64,000 bases of DNA from the NCBI GenBank assembly GCA_051294905.1, contig CM119386.1:19220001-19284000 (forward strand). The letters are read 5' to 3'. Position 1 is the first letter of the stretch; every line of letters begins with the position of its first letter. This document shows positions 24,201-39,200 of this stretch, in pieces. This DNA comes from Botryllus schlosseri (Eukaryota). A program made the translations under genes and the position numbers. A model generated the notes under the pieces. That model did not search any database. It had not been told where the DNA came from and worked only from the letters and a program-made list of their open reading frames with translations.

Positions 24201-27200
24201 CTGGGGCCCCGGCTACGATACGGAGGACTTGATGTTGTAGTTTTTGCAGTGGCTCGAATGCACTAACACTGGTAGCCCCACCAGCAGAGGATGCTATATT
24301 GTAACTTCGACTGGAATAAGGATTTAAAGAGTATCAAAAGGACCCAGAGTAGCATATAGTCTTTAAGGTTATCAACTATTTCCTGAAAACGAGTTATACG
24401 GATTCGAATGATAAAATCAAACGCGTGCAGTTGGAGACTCTTACCGCAAAGCACGTTCATTTCCTCTTGGCTCGAGTAAGTCAGCACCGTGGCGAGTGCT
24501 TCTTTCCAGTTCGAAAGATCGCAGGACGACACAATATCGGCGTAGTTCTTGGTGGCCACGGCTAGCATGAGCTGTGTAAATAAAATACCAAGGTCGTAAC
24601 CAAGTCCCGGGGTTTCAAGTCACAAGTCAATTTGACTCGAACCCCGGTAGTTTTGACTCGAATACGAGTGCAAGTCATAGTGTTTACTATTTAATATCGA
24701 GTTCAAGTCAGGTTCACTTCTGTGACTCTTGAGTGATATTGAAGACCACGAATTCATGATATACTCATTTTTCTCACTTTAAAGACATAACTTCAAAAAA
24801 AAACCGAAGAAATTTCCGGGCCTGATTTTTCAATTATCGCACCTGATATACAAGACTTCCGGTTTCATTATATCACGGATTAGCAGATTAGGTCTTAGAG
24901 TTGGGTAGGCTAGCTTTGGGAGTCAATCGGAGATTCTACTTTACAAATAACTAATACTTGTAAATTACTAATGAAACTATATGCAGCTACCACAATGCAG
25001 CGGCTATTTCACACAGTTCTTTCCCCAATTTCACTCGTAAAATTCAAAATAAATCTACACTCATCACCCAATTGCTTTCTGATTTTCACAATCCATGACA
25101 TAAGTAGTTTTGCTTCAAATATTATCAAGTAGAAGCACAAGTAGTCGAGAACATAACCACTTGCAGCAGAAGCAAGTCTAATCTACTTGACTACTCTGAA
25201 AAAGTACAAGGACGTCATAACTAACCATAACCAATCGGGCAGGTGATACAGGCAAAAAATCGCCTCAGATTCGGAACACTCAAACACCATATTGCCATCA
25301 TGCTGATGTTTGCATAGCTCTCCATTGGTGTCAAGAAAATTCAATTTGCTAGCCCAGGGTTGGTTTTTGCTATTCACGGCCGCATTTTGAATTTTCATCT
25401 AGCACAATTCCAGGGCATAGTCGTAATGAACCAGCCGGATGTCAAGTACCCATGTTAAATTGTCCATGTCCATTTCCAGACTATTCTATTTAAGCATATC
25501 AACTTACTACGTGCACCGAAATTTCGAGTGGTCATGTTATGGGATTGCTTATGGTTGCATAGAGCGTGAAATATTTTTTAGATTCACGAATGTATTTTGT
25601 CACTATTAATAATAGTTTCACACATTACTATCAAACATTTATCCTTTCTCAGCTCATGTGATCACATTCGCTGATAAAGATTTAAGGCTTAAGCTATAAA
25701 TGATGATTCAGCTTTGGATGGGCCAATTGTTATTGTCACTTTGTTGCATGTTGTTATTTCTTGACCTTCCACCAGGATTGTCGGTATAGCGAAAATATAT
25801 TGGAATCGCACGAACGTACCAGAAGAAATTTCTTTCCTGAGGAGCATATGATTCGATGTTGGTATTTCTATGTGAGGCGCTACTATATTAAAATCGAAAT
25901 ACCAATTCGCATTAAAAAATTCACGATTAATTACAATCAATCATAAATTCGGGAGTACAAATTACTAAATTCAATTTGCATGTCGACGGCTGCCAACACA
26001 TACTAATTGAAAGAAGAGTTGACAGGCCGCACAAATTTTCTTCTATGGCCGCAGGTTGGCCACCTCTGTACTACAGTGTCCTAGGCAAACATACGGAGTA
26101 AGAACATACCCGTCCGATTTTGGATGACGATTTGGCAAAGTATTGCCTCCTGGTTCTCTCCAACAGCTGCTGTCCGCCTGTAATCGCCAACACAATCGCG
26201 TCGGCCATTCGCTGTTCCCGCAGACAGAGATTCACGGCCGACTCATAGTCGCCCACCAGCAGAGCTTGGCTGATGAGACTGTCAGGATCTGGAAACCAAG
26301 CAAGGCACGCGATTACCTTCGATCTCAACAGACTGAGGCCCCTTACCCATGTCAACTACGCAGACATGGCATCGGTACCTCGTTTATTTTCAACAGTCAG
26401 ATTAGTATCAAACAGCACACTTTCACACATACTGGCATCATTTTTCAAGCAATTGTAATCAGTTGAAATTTGAAATGGAAATAACATTATTCAAATGTGC
26501 AATCATTACATTCATTCAAATTTTACCAAAACGTTACACAGAATAAGATAAGTTAACATGTAGTCTGGACATCAACAGAATCACAATTGGCTTGTGTATG
26601 TCCATCAAAAATATCGTGATAGAATTGTATGCGGGCAAACTAGAAACTGCATGCATCAATTTCATATATATTGGTACCAGTTCAATTGTAATGCGAGGAA
26701 ATAAGCTTAATCAAAGTATATAGAAAGAGTGTGGGGAGGCCTCAAGTTTGTATCAGTTCACAGGATTTACGACTGAGAAATACATACATTATGTATCTGT
26801 ACTGATTGTATGCATATGACAATATGCATTAACTCCATAGCAGGTTTATCATACCATCTTATTTGTACAGACAGCAAGGAAATTCAGAATTACCAGTCAA
26901 CAAGGAGCCAATAGGCAATTCATTACATCGTAAAATCCCAGAAGGAGACCTTGATTGACTAATACTTATGTTGGTATATAGCCTAAGTAAATGATGTTAT
27001 TATAGGTATGGAAATCTGGGTCAGGTAAAGCTTCTGAATTGTACTTCTCTCAATAAATAGGAATATTTCAGTTAATACCTTCTCAGCATTGTTAGTATTA
27101 GCAAATGTGTGGTAAATATAGGACAATCGTAACCAGATGTCAGCAACTTACAGTCCTAAACTGTTTCAAGAAAAAAAAATAGGCTACTGAATCAAGCCTG

Positions 27201-30200
27201 TGATCGAATCCTGGAATGACAGCTGCTAAGGACAAGTCACAAAAGCCAACAAATCCAGATAGGGATGGTCTGAAAACGACATATTCAGAGCAATTCAAGC
27301 GCAAAACCGATCAAACAATTGCACTCGGGCAAAACATGTGCGCTGAAAGGTAAAAATATACATCATGTCGCAAGCACTCAGTAGCAGATGGCCCGGCAGA
27401 ATGGGTTGGCTTAGCCAGTAAGGAAAATATTTATGAATGAGAATCTCGAGTGTTTTAAAATAATGATTATTATTAGATGAAAAATTACAAGATAATGCTT
27501 GAATAAAAGCAGTTCATTCACTCCAATGAGTTTATATCTGTATCGGAAAGAAAATTCAGATCCTAGGGGCCTTGAAAATAATCTTAAACTTAGATGAGTT
27601 ACGCTTGACGAACAATGCTTCCTCACCAATTACAGATCACAAACTCAATGACCTGTACACAAGTTACGTTAAATACGATGTTGTAACAAAAGAAATTCCT
27701 ATCACGTAACAGTAAAGAGAAGCGATATGATCACATTTCAGATCAAAATTGAAAATTCCTTTATCGGTTATATATTTTCATTTATCTATAGAGCAAGTTA
27801 CAGATACATAACAGGTCTGCTGATGTCAATAGACAATGCTCTCTAATCACACGCTTAAGATTATCAAGACAGTTGACCAGTAAACTGTTTAGAATTTCAC
27901 AACTTGATAGAAAAAAAGGATAGAAGTTATTTAGAAACTTTTGAGAATCTAATCGTCTACATATTTACGGTGAAAATTAGACACTCTTTAGTCAGTTTAT
28001 TGTAAACACATGGCGGAATGCTGTGGTATGCCTAGTGCGGAAGTAGTAATGAGCACAAGTGCCAAGAGCTTTTATGCAATCAACGGAGCGAGGAATTCTT
28101 AGCAAGGCATGAGACTGGATGTGTCAGAGTTGAATGAACAATGAGCATAAAGATTCCCTGGTATTGAAGAGGATGATCAGAAGAAAATAGTTCCAAGCAA
28201 TTCCTTGGCCTTGCATGGTAAGCCTTATAATTCAAGCTATAAACAATCAGAAACTTTTTGATATTGTAGTAGGCAGTCAAGCAAAAGGGATAGCTACACT
28301 AAATCAATCACTTCACACGGCTTAGTATGTTAGTGTATATTTAGACAGTGTCACACTGAAACTTGGCAGCTACCAAACTACAAGCTGCAGCAGAAAACGT
28401 GACGATTTAAACTTTCTGAATTCGTGATAAATAATCAATCAGATCTAGCGTTCTATGATTGGTACGCAGGCGCAGACTTTAGAAAAAAATAGATTTCTTT
28501 CAGATCACTTTCCAAGGATATAGAATAATGGCATTTGGGAAGTCATTTAGCCGTTGCAAAAGTGAGTGGAAACTTTGGAAATTGAGCTTACACTCGATAT
28601 CATAAATAATTGAGTCACTCCAGGGCATTCACATAGTAATTCTCACAAGTGGAAAAGGGAGGGATAACACCGAGTAGCATACTGTAAATATTGTGTGGTA
28701 TTAGATAGTTTGGCGCAAGTGAGACTACAGCAATGTACAGCATATTACGTTCAACATTCCATGCAACACCGCTTACAAAAGTGATAGACTCCTGGTATAA
28801 AACTCGATGGGAAAGTAGGCTATATCAGGAAAGGATATCAAATTATACCTTGAAGCGTTGTCAGCAAACGCAGTCTTATTACCATGATATAGGTGGTGGG
28901 GCTCATTATAGGATTATTCTTTTGTTACAGGAATGCACACGCCTGTCGTAATAAGGCAATGTCATATTTATGGAGGAGTGACGTAAATAAACAGGTATCT
29001 ATTCATCAGGAAAGGTCTGTGTTGTGTGTACGTACGGCTTGTCAATCAATATCATATCCAGCGGTATTGCAAAAAGAAATCTAAAGTGCTGGATACATGT
29101 AAATTTGGCAATCATGAAGACCATTCGAGCCTCAGGCTATCGACTAGAAGATTGCCGAGTGTCCTATGTGCTTCATGCATGTACTTTATTTGCGACGGGA
29201 ACTAAGCTAGTACAAACTATTACATATTTTGCAACTGTTTTTAAAGTTTGCCATAAGCCAATATGTAAAAGTGTATCAGAAGTTATGTAGCGAACAAGTC
29301 AGCAACATCAAGCCTACGAACAGGCGTATATTTCTGCACCATCTCCAACAATTTCGATCACAAGCACTACAAGATGTCAGACCCAGCTAAGGACAGGAAG
29401 CAGAGAAAGACTCTTGAAAGCAGACGACCAAACATCGGGATGAAGATCAAATTTTACGAGAAAAGTGACGAAAACGAAGCCTCTACCGCGTCAGAGACAT
29501 CCAGGCAAAGACCACGAAATCTCTACTCATCCGCAACGTTGCCTAACCGCCGTAGGACTTCAAAACCGACCGTAGTCGATGTCACCAGCAAGCTTGCGGT
29601 ACCTCCTGCTACAAGCGACAGAAGACTCAGATCAAAGGAATATAACAGTGACCATGTCAGGCTTGACGAGAACGATAATGTGGAATCGTCCTTGTCACGA
29701 AGAAGGAAAAGTGAAGAATTCAAGTTCAGAAAGGTATCGTGCACTGACAAGTTGAATTCTTGCTACTCTGGAATAATTATTTGTTGCTGGCAGGATTGGA
29801 GAGGCGTAGACCTCAATTGGTCGAATCAAAGTTTACAGTTTCAAGTCATTAGAACTAATTTTATTGCCTCCGAAATGTCAGTTATGCCCATAAAAAGTAG
29901 CGCTACTATTATGTAGACTTCATCTATTTTGAATTCCATCAACAGTTCTCGCAATGGGATTACCGTTCACGTATCTTGTTCTTGAGATAAAGTAGCTTAG
30001 TTAGAAATGCAACAAACGGCTGTGTATTCCAGGTATTTTGTACCACTTTACATTTCGACATCTTGGCATGAACGCAATTTCAAGTTCAACCTAGCAAGCA
30101 TTGCATATTCCTACTTCTGTAGGATATATTGTGGTGAATAGCACCTGCTAGTCTTCAAATCACCAGACAATGCTTCATAGGCTGAGTTTAATGGTATCCT

Positions 30201-33200
30201 CTACACTCAACCAAGTTATCAAACTATATAGCTGAGATTCAAGCCTTCATTACAATAAGCAGTCATTAAAATGCTATATGAAGTTTGAAATTATACTGTT
30301 GACCAAAGAAACACCGATATAAATCAAGTTATGCCTATCTTACAGGAAAGAACAACCCGGCTTAATTCACTCGAGGAAATCTCTCCGTCAAGTGCATCCA
30401 GCACAAGCAAAGACGGACAGCTGGTGTCCAGCCCACGGACAGAAGACCAGGCTATTTCCTTCCTCTCTACAGAACAAATAGGCAGAGTTTACCAATCGGA
30501 AAGACGGAGATCTCGCAATAAAGTGGAATCGCTGTCTTTAGACGTAAAGGAATATCATTGGAAAGTAGTGGAAAGCAAGAAAAACCTTGAAGAGATGAAA
30601 AAGTCTTTATCGAAAGAGAATGAGTGGGACGCAAAATACAGAGAATTCGACACAGAGATTCCAAAAGACGACCCGATAGCCATATTGACATCTCCGATTC
30701 ACGAGAGGGTTTCAAAAAAAGATTCAAACAACTCTATCTCTTCAAACGTGTCTACATCATCCGCATTATCTAACAAGCTGCTAACACTGAGTGAAGTTAA
30801 CGAAGAAGACAAGCCTGCAGGCAGAAGATCGTTGAAACGCAGATCCAAATATCTATCGTGGAAAAATTCCAGCTTGGAAGGCAGAGAGCTGGCTCGAACT
30901 TCAGATGGGTTCAGTAGATCGCGTCCGCGAAGGTTGCCAATAAGCGTGTTACAGTATTCCGAAGATGACATCAAGCCTGTTAGTCGGAAAAAAGGCAGTA
31001 GCACCAGTGATAACGATACGTTATCCCCAACCGATAAGCACGAAGAAAAATCAGCAACTACTCAAAATTCCCAAACCAGCGACACTACACACGAGCCGTC
31101 TGCGAGGCAGCAGAACTCATTATATCCGGATGATGATGCTATAAAGACGAGTAGCGAATCAAAGTCCAAGAAATCCAGTGGCAAACCGAGTGCAGAAACG
31201 CAATATGTTTTTAAAGTCGACCTTGATGAGCAATTCGATATCTCTAACAGTCGTGAAGACAGGCGCCTGAAACGGGCCGCTAAGAGCAGTGACGAGACAG
31301 TAGATAGGACATATCGCGAAAAAGAAGCAACAACCATCATCGGTGACAAAGCAAACAGGTATGTTCAAATCAGAAATGATCGTTAATGAGGTTGAAACAG
31401 TAGACCTAAAATTCATGAGTTTTGAGCATATAGTTTTGAAAAACACCCATAAAATCCTCACAAAGGATGTAATTAATGAGTCGTCATGCTCATAAGAAAT
31501 GAGACTGTAGCTTGATCGATTTAATTGCAACGGTCAATCCTCGAAAAACAATTTGAGTTCAGATTTGGAAGTCTAAGTGCAGCAATAGCACTTTACACGT
31601 GCTATGATGTGAGATCTTATATGTGTCTGAAATCGGAAATACTGCACTTATGCTAAGCCTGTGTATCAAGCAACTGCATGCATGCGAAATTTGATGAAAT
31701 AGCCTACATGGCTGGAAAGAGGAACAAACTTGAAAAAACAAGTTTGCTTTAAAGAAATCGTTGACCATTTGGACGTCTTGAATACGTTTCGAACTAAGCA
31801 GAGCAATCAATACCAGGAAACACATACCGTACTGTCACTTAGCTCATGACGAGAAAGGACGCTACGTGACAATTCCGTTTCACAAAGTAACAATAACTTT
31901 TGGCAAATTGCCGAGCATGGTGTCACAATTACTTGCAGTCAACGCGTATTAATGCACTGAAAGTGAGTGAAATTAGTGAACTAGTGCACTACAAACTACA
32001 TTTCAAGTTGACTTGATCTAGACGTCACAAATGAATAAACAAACCAAAACTCAAAATGACTTTACATGTTAGTTCGGGGGAAAATAGACAGCGTCAATTG
32101 TGTCTATCACCGGTAAATGTTGTGTAGTATATTGAAATGGGAACATCACAGGTCACACAGAACAAATTTTCAAGGCCATCAAGGGACAAGTAATGTCACA
32201 GAGGTTATGAACGACAAAACAATGGGAAACCGTTATATCAATTTAGCACAGCAGGAATTTTTCCGAAAACTGTCGTATTCTTTCCAGAGAGCCGACTGAA
32301 ATGGGCGGTGCTTTGAGCCACACTCAGAAAGAAGATGACAAAACCTCGCACACGACACGTTCCAAGCGTCTCCAAGTACGACCGTGGAACTTATTTGGTC
32401 ACCTTTCCAATAACGGCACACAAACCACGTCGAGCGGAGCCTACGGAAGATTAAAGGAGGGGGGAACGGCTGATCCTGACAAGGGAATGTCGCCACAAAA
32501 AACTTTCAAGACTGTCGCCGTTCAGACGGACAATATTACAGAAAAGAGAGAATTCTCAGCGCAAGTATCGCCGACCGTGGCAACAGTTGAAACACAAACT
32601 GCTGACAACTCGTCAGAAGGAACAACGATCAGCCTCGACAGCCTTATTCGCATGGGAGCCATCAAGAGAACAAAATCATTGGCTTTAGGATTACGTGAGT
32701 CAAACTGTGCATGTTTTGCATTGAGGGGGAGGGAGATCACGATTAGGCTGATCCAAATGTCTTTGGGATTCCTTTGTATCACTTTTACGAGTCACCTTGC
32801 CAGGAGGCACGAATTAAAGCCCTATATTTTCGTAACTGAATATAATTTCAAATATTCCACCTACTTGCGGTGTTATCAGTCGTTCCACTTACTTTTTACA
32901 TTTAAAATCTTGGAATTTGTTAAAGTCTTGGAATTTGTCAAGTAGAAAGTCCTGGAAATTCCTACTTCCACGTGTAATTGAGTAGAAATTTACACTTGAC
33001 AGAGTTATTTCTACTTCTACTTGAGTAGCAATGATGGCTACTCTCGCCACGTCTTCTTATTAATTACTAGATCTCAACCGATATCAGAGTTTCAAACTGA
33101 TACCGATATCACCAATGTTTGCTAATAAAACGACACTGGTGCTCTCTGCCGATAGCAAAACTAGACCACCGCAATGACTAAAGAGCTCAATAGATGTATG

Positions 33201-36200
33201 TATGCCCTGTCCCTTTTATCAGGCAAGGGACAGGCACTGAAATAGATTATACTTGATACTAGCTGGGCTTTCGTGTGACAGCTGACGATGGGATTAAACC
33301 CGGGCCAGCAGATCATGAGACCTAACCACCGAGCTACAGCGGCTGTACACATCACCTATTTACCAATTGTGTTTATTCAACTCTAGAAAGCCCAGAACGA
33401 CCTCGTATCAGATCAGCGAGCACAGATTTCGGGACCAATTTACGGATACAGGCGTCGCAACTCACTGACAACAAGGTTCGTGTGGCTATGAAGCTATGGT
33501 AGTCAGTAACTTAGAATGCTCGCACACATCTATATTTTATAGTTTTTTAAAGTATTTTAGGCATGACTAGGTTTGGAATATTGACTTTTTGGTCCAACGT
33601 TTTTACAAACAGTTTTCAGCTCTTTATATAGCGAGCCGGTTGATTGATATGACATAAAAAGAATCCCAAACCCAAGCCTTGCCATTAGGAAGTAACGTTG
33701 ATCAAATTATTATAACACAGCCAACTGCAATATCAACTGAGGGAACGCAAACAAGCGGCAAGATTGCTTCGTACAATTGGAGCGAAAACCAAAAATTCGT
33801 CAAGATATTCGTATCCTACTCCGGTATACATCTGATACAGAGCAAGAACATCCAAGTCAAAACCAATGGTAAGACAGAGTAATAAGCCTACAGCGTCTAC
33901 GTTTGAGTTTGGATAGCGTAACGAAAACATGCAATACTCGTCAAATGCCGACCAAGTGAATTTAGTCACACCTAGATGTCAAAAGCAGATGAAAAGAAAC
34001 GCGTTACTCAATACATATTCAAACAGGGCTCCATATCCATGAACCCAGATATCCAGATTGTCCACCCCAATTTAAATATGAATTCACTAAAACAAATGAT
34101 CAATACATCTATTTGTGTTATCCACTAGCAAGCATTTAGGCAATCGAAGCCAATTAAAAGTCTGACGCGCATGCGATTACAAATTCCACATCATCATCGT
34201 GCAATATTTCTGCTGCAGGTAATATTATATATATAGCACTCAAATATCACCTACAAGCGCATCAGAATTCAACAGAAAGTCTACGTAAGCCTAATCAAAG
34301 TTGGTAAATTCAATTTGTAAGATCACTTTGAATGCGCACTTCCCCAGAACTGAGCCACTAGTACTATGAATGCACAATAATGGAAGATGCGCTTTGTACA
34401 TTGAAACAATGTTTAATTGACATAGCTTTGACAAAAATTTAATATTTTATTCAGTGAAGGTCATTAGGAACCGATTTTCTTAGTGCTGTGGTGTCATTAG
34501 GTAATTTGTATAGCTTGAGTTACGAGTTTGTCTCTGCTATATTATAACTGTGCGTAGTTACATGCTGCTAACGAGTCATTTAACCACAGTTACTTACATA
34601 TCCGTTTCTGATGAGAGTCAGTTAAAGATCTAATAAGAGTGAAATAAATTTGGCAATTTGAATATGTTATTTGTTGAGAAATACGAGTTTTGTGCCTTCA
34701 CAAGCCTATTCCATTTTCCTATGCTACAATCGGCAGTTAAACCCCGTAATATCAAGTCACAATTGTAAAAATGACGCTACATCGAATGGCTTCATTACAA
34801 CTATATCTTGTTTCATGTATTAAATCACGATTTCTTTCAGGAATCAATCTCCTCTTGACAGTGGAAGAATGTGTCAGGCACACGCCAGACGGTGAAGAAT
34901 TGCGAAATATGACAAGCACACTCTATCTGAACAGACTGCGCCGACCTGTGTCTTGCCTAAGTTACAATGTCCAACGGGACATGATCACAATCATGCTACG
35001 CAAGCAGAAGCAGACGCCTTGGAACGCGTTGCTATTCGGCGGCGGTAACGAGTGATCGTTCTTACATCATCCTATCTTCAGTTCAATATTAACATCACGC
35101 TGCCAACACTTCTCTTATTATATGCAATAAAGTTATTCTTCATTTCATTAATTTGACTTCGAACAGATGACACTGAGTTGTCACAATTTATTGTGACAGA
35201 GATACCATAGCCAAGAGTGCGTGGGTTTAGAGAGAGTTTTGCTTATGCTAAAGTCATGGCTTTGAAATCTGTAGGACGGTAAGTGTGTGTTAACATGCAA
35301 ATACATCATCAATACTTATTGGGTGTCTAAAAGGTGGTTGTGTCGATAAAACTACGTACCCTGGTCAATTTGAATTTGACGTAACAACATTGGTTGACAC
35401 GAATCTAGTTGCGAATTCAGTTTAGAAATTCAATCTGGCTAATTCTTTAACACGCTAGGTACTTGGCAGAATTGAAAATGAACTCCCGAGAAAATTCAAA
35501 GCTATATAATCAAGTCAGTAAAGAATGGGGAACATGACTTGAATATTATCGTGAGTTGAAGTGGGCAAAAATCATCAAAGCAGGTACCAACAGAAGTAGA
35601 TGCAACGTACCGAAGCTACAGTAAAAAGCAGTTCTTCTTACTGGCCACTTGTCACAGAGCATCGATTGATGTCTTAGTTTCATCAATGCTATCACCTTAT
35701 CAGAACTGAGTTACAGCTGAAAAGTGTTCAGCGTTTTACAGTATTCTTTGAGATTACAGGCAGCCAGTGCAGGTACCTAGCTACGAATGTGTCAACCCTA
35801 CTTTAGAACAAACTCCAAATTACCGATTCAACGTCTGACATCCAGAAGATCAATCAATCTATCGCCGCAATTACAAAATCTAAGCCATCCACTTCAATCG
35901 AGGCAAAATGCCGATTAATATTTCCACTGCAAATTAACGGCAAGTATTCAAAACTAATCAGTCTGGCACCTTCTTGAAGATACGACAATCGGCTCGCTCC
36001 CTTCTCCAAAACGTCAACACCATTAACGGGTTCTCCTGAATTTGTCGGGTCTGGTTAGATATTGGAGGCTGTGGATATCGTTATGGGATGAAAAGCTATA
36101 CCATTAAAACATGAAGAAGAAAGCAACATGCATGCATGCAAACATTAAAACTAAGCCACGGATCTATTTAGATCAGGCTAAAGTCAGCTAAATTCTTTTG

Positions 36201-39200
36201 ATGCAGACACGCAAAATAACATAGGAAAGTGCAGGACTTCACCAATGACATACATTCCGATTTCGTACAAGCTGTTTGCCTTGAACTCGGACTACCGTAG
36301 GCTACATAACCATCGGACAATGCGGCAGAGTTGGCTAATTCAAATTCGCTCGATGCTAATCAAGGTAAAAATACAATTAGCAATACATAGTTTCCAAATA
36401 AATCTATGATAAAGTATTTAACGTTTGAAAGTAACGAACAAAAGATTCAAATTTTCTACCCATTACTTCCACATGCATTTCGAACGCTTCTTGTATTATT
36501 TGAGACGCAAAAATACATGGAGACGTTAACTTACCCCCATCCCCAGACGGTATGACGAGCTGTTGCTTGCTGGGACTGGCATTGGAGCTGGAAAGTGACA
36601 CGGCAGACTGGGTAGCAGCAATTACCTCGAACGCATCAGACCCATCTCCGGATTCGGAAGACTAGAGAAGGCAACGGCTTTATATTGCTTGGTTATGTAA
36701 ATTAAATTGAATATTCAACACTATACAAGGCTGATTCTGGCATTGGTTTTTGACTATTATGTGGATATGTACTATATCCCAATACTGGAGTGGTAGCTCA
36801 TTTGATAGACATAAATACGGTTTCTTGGAGTGCCACATCGAAAAGTGTCGTTTTAATCGTTTGAGTGACGGAATTTATTTTCTTTATTGCGACACATTGG
36901 CACGTTCTAGCCAAATAATCAACTCTAACCTCTAACCCAAATGTCACTTGAATATTTGTCACTCTATGGACCGATTCGACCCTAACATACTAGTTATTTG
37001 TCACTGAAATGTACACCATTGCCATTTGTAACTCGAATGAAATGGAACTCGTATGAAATAGAACCAAGCTAAGTTTAAATTATTATTCGATCAAATGTCC
37101 GTCAACATTGACATTGAAATGAAATTGTCACTTGTCCCTTATTACTCAGTTTAATGTTTCACATTCCACAAATTGTCTAATGTTTTGCGCTGAATACAGA
37201 ATTTTTTCAATATTTCAATTTCAACCCCCATTCTCAGCTATGTCACGTTTAACTACAGGTATCCTCACCGCAACGCTGGCAGTGAGACCTTCCATTTTGG
37301 CTGACAAGTTTTCCTCTTCGGTGGGACCAATCAGGCCAGTGATCTGGGTAGAAAGAAAAAAGTGAATTCTAACCCAGCACAGAATCTCGATTAAGACTCG
37401 TGTACTCACCTTGCTCTTGATCTTAGCGTGGTCGTAGCCGAGCAAATGCAAAAACTCTTTCCTTGGTTCGGGTTCGAATTTAGCCTGCAAGAAGAACGAG
37501 AGTGCCATAGAAAATTTCACATCTTCCACAAAGAAGATAATTACAATACACCCATCCCATATGCGACAGAGTAAATAAATCAGAAAAAATAACAGGTTAA
37601 ATAGTGCTTGCGGGGTAAGGATTAGAAACCGGGAACTACTTACAGCATTGGAAATGCTGAAATTGACTTGAGTTTCAAAATATTGTTGTACTCCTGTGTC
37701 CAACAACACTATTCCCGAGAGCTGAGCTGAGACGATTTCGGTGATGGCAACAGCTTTCCATCCACGGAGAATCAACTGATATGAATGGGCATATTGCCTT
37801 TATGTGCCATGGCCAAGACTCTGCCATGACCGAAACACTTAGAAAGCAGCTTAAGGCATCCCCACAAAGATCAAACACTACCAGGAGATAGTCTTTCAGC
37901 TAGTACCGTATCTCGCTAGCCACAATATCGATTATTTTGTCGTCAGGTATCGTGTGCAGCTCTTAGTTAGGAAAAATGAAGTTGTTAATCCTCATACAAT
38001 TTGTTGTATTTGTATTTCTTTGATAAAATATTACTTCTTTTGTGGTTACTATGTCCGTCGCCCATGTTGGAGAACACAACGTTGTAGCCTACTGACGTCA
38101 AGATTTAAAAACATAGTTGCTCAACTGTTTGGCCTACGTTGTCTTGATATTGCATTCTTGCAGGCCGCGGCCTCTACTAAATTTGAAAAGTGGCCATGAC
38201 CCGTTTTCAGTTGGTAACCTTTGACTTACAGGGTTACTTTCACCAGTGGTCAAACTTATCACCCACTAATGAGATGAAGAAGGAATTACTCTTGCCTACT
38301 TCTTTAAACACAGGGGTAATTAACTCGAAACGTGGCACAGGTCACTTTTCAAATTTTGTAGAAGCCGCGGGCCGAATGAATTTGTTATCCACACAAAATA
38401 GGCCACATCGGCACACCGCGTCTTTTAAAACTTTATGTCGGTGCAATGCTGTGCTCTCTAACATGGACGAGGCAGGAATAGTTATCACAAAAGAAACGAT
38501 ATCTTATTAAAGAAATACAGATACAACAAAAATATCATTATCAACGCTTTCATTCCATTTTGAACGACCCGACAACACTTTTCAGCGGCTTAAGAATCGA
38601 TATTGGAGTTGGCTAGACACTCGCTGGAAAACTATCTGCTCGTAAAGCTTGATCTCGTTGGGAAGCCCAAAGCCATTTTCTACGCGTCTCGGTCTTGGCA
38701 TTGTCTGGGCCATTGCACGTCAAGGCAATATGCCTATTAGGAAAAAAAGTAATGTATGAGCAACCCTAACACCCATTGATATCAGCCAATTTTTCCGCCA
38801 TGGAATGTTATTACTACCGCCAAGCCCATATCGTCTAGTGAAGAATAGTGCTGCTTGGCACAGGAGAATAGCTTATTTTGAAAAACAATAATATTTTCAA
38901 CTGAAATCAATTTCAGCATTTCAAAACGGCTTACTAAGGGTTCTTCCGAAATCTCAAATCGGGCTGCAAAATATGACGAGGGTCGCATGCTAGGCCACAT
39001 GTTGGTGACCCTTGTTCTAACAGGTCTTGAAAGTAACTCTTAAGCTACTAAATGAGTAGACAGTAGACAAGAGTAGCAAAGCTGACTGCTCTGACCACCA
39101 CTAAGCAACATATATACCAGATTTAAGCTGCTAGATCGCTAATTTCGCCACACAAAACCAACCTTCATAAAACTCCACAAGTCTTCCTCAAACACGGTTT

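Noticed and set aside
25183-25398. Minus-strand ORF with AG/GT flanks as an extra SEC31 exon
   Set aside because: It would interrupt the conserved SKIGR|LMLAV helix, and has no Sec31 similarity.
35970-36355. Two phase 1-1 exon-like segments on the minus strand (36355-36311 and 36050-35970)
   Set aside because: They are in frame, but inserting them would split the IPSGDG|[10 protein letters not shown] junction that aligns directly with vertebrate SEC31A, and the donors are weak. RNA-seq could revive them.
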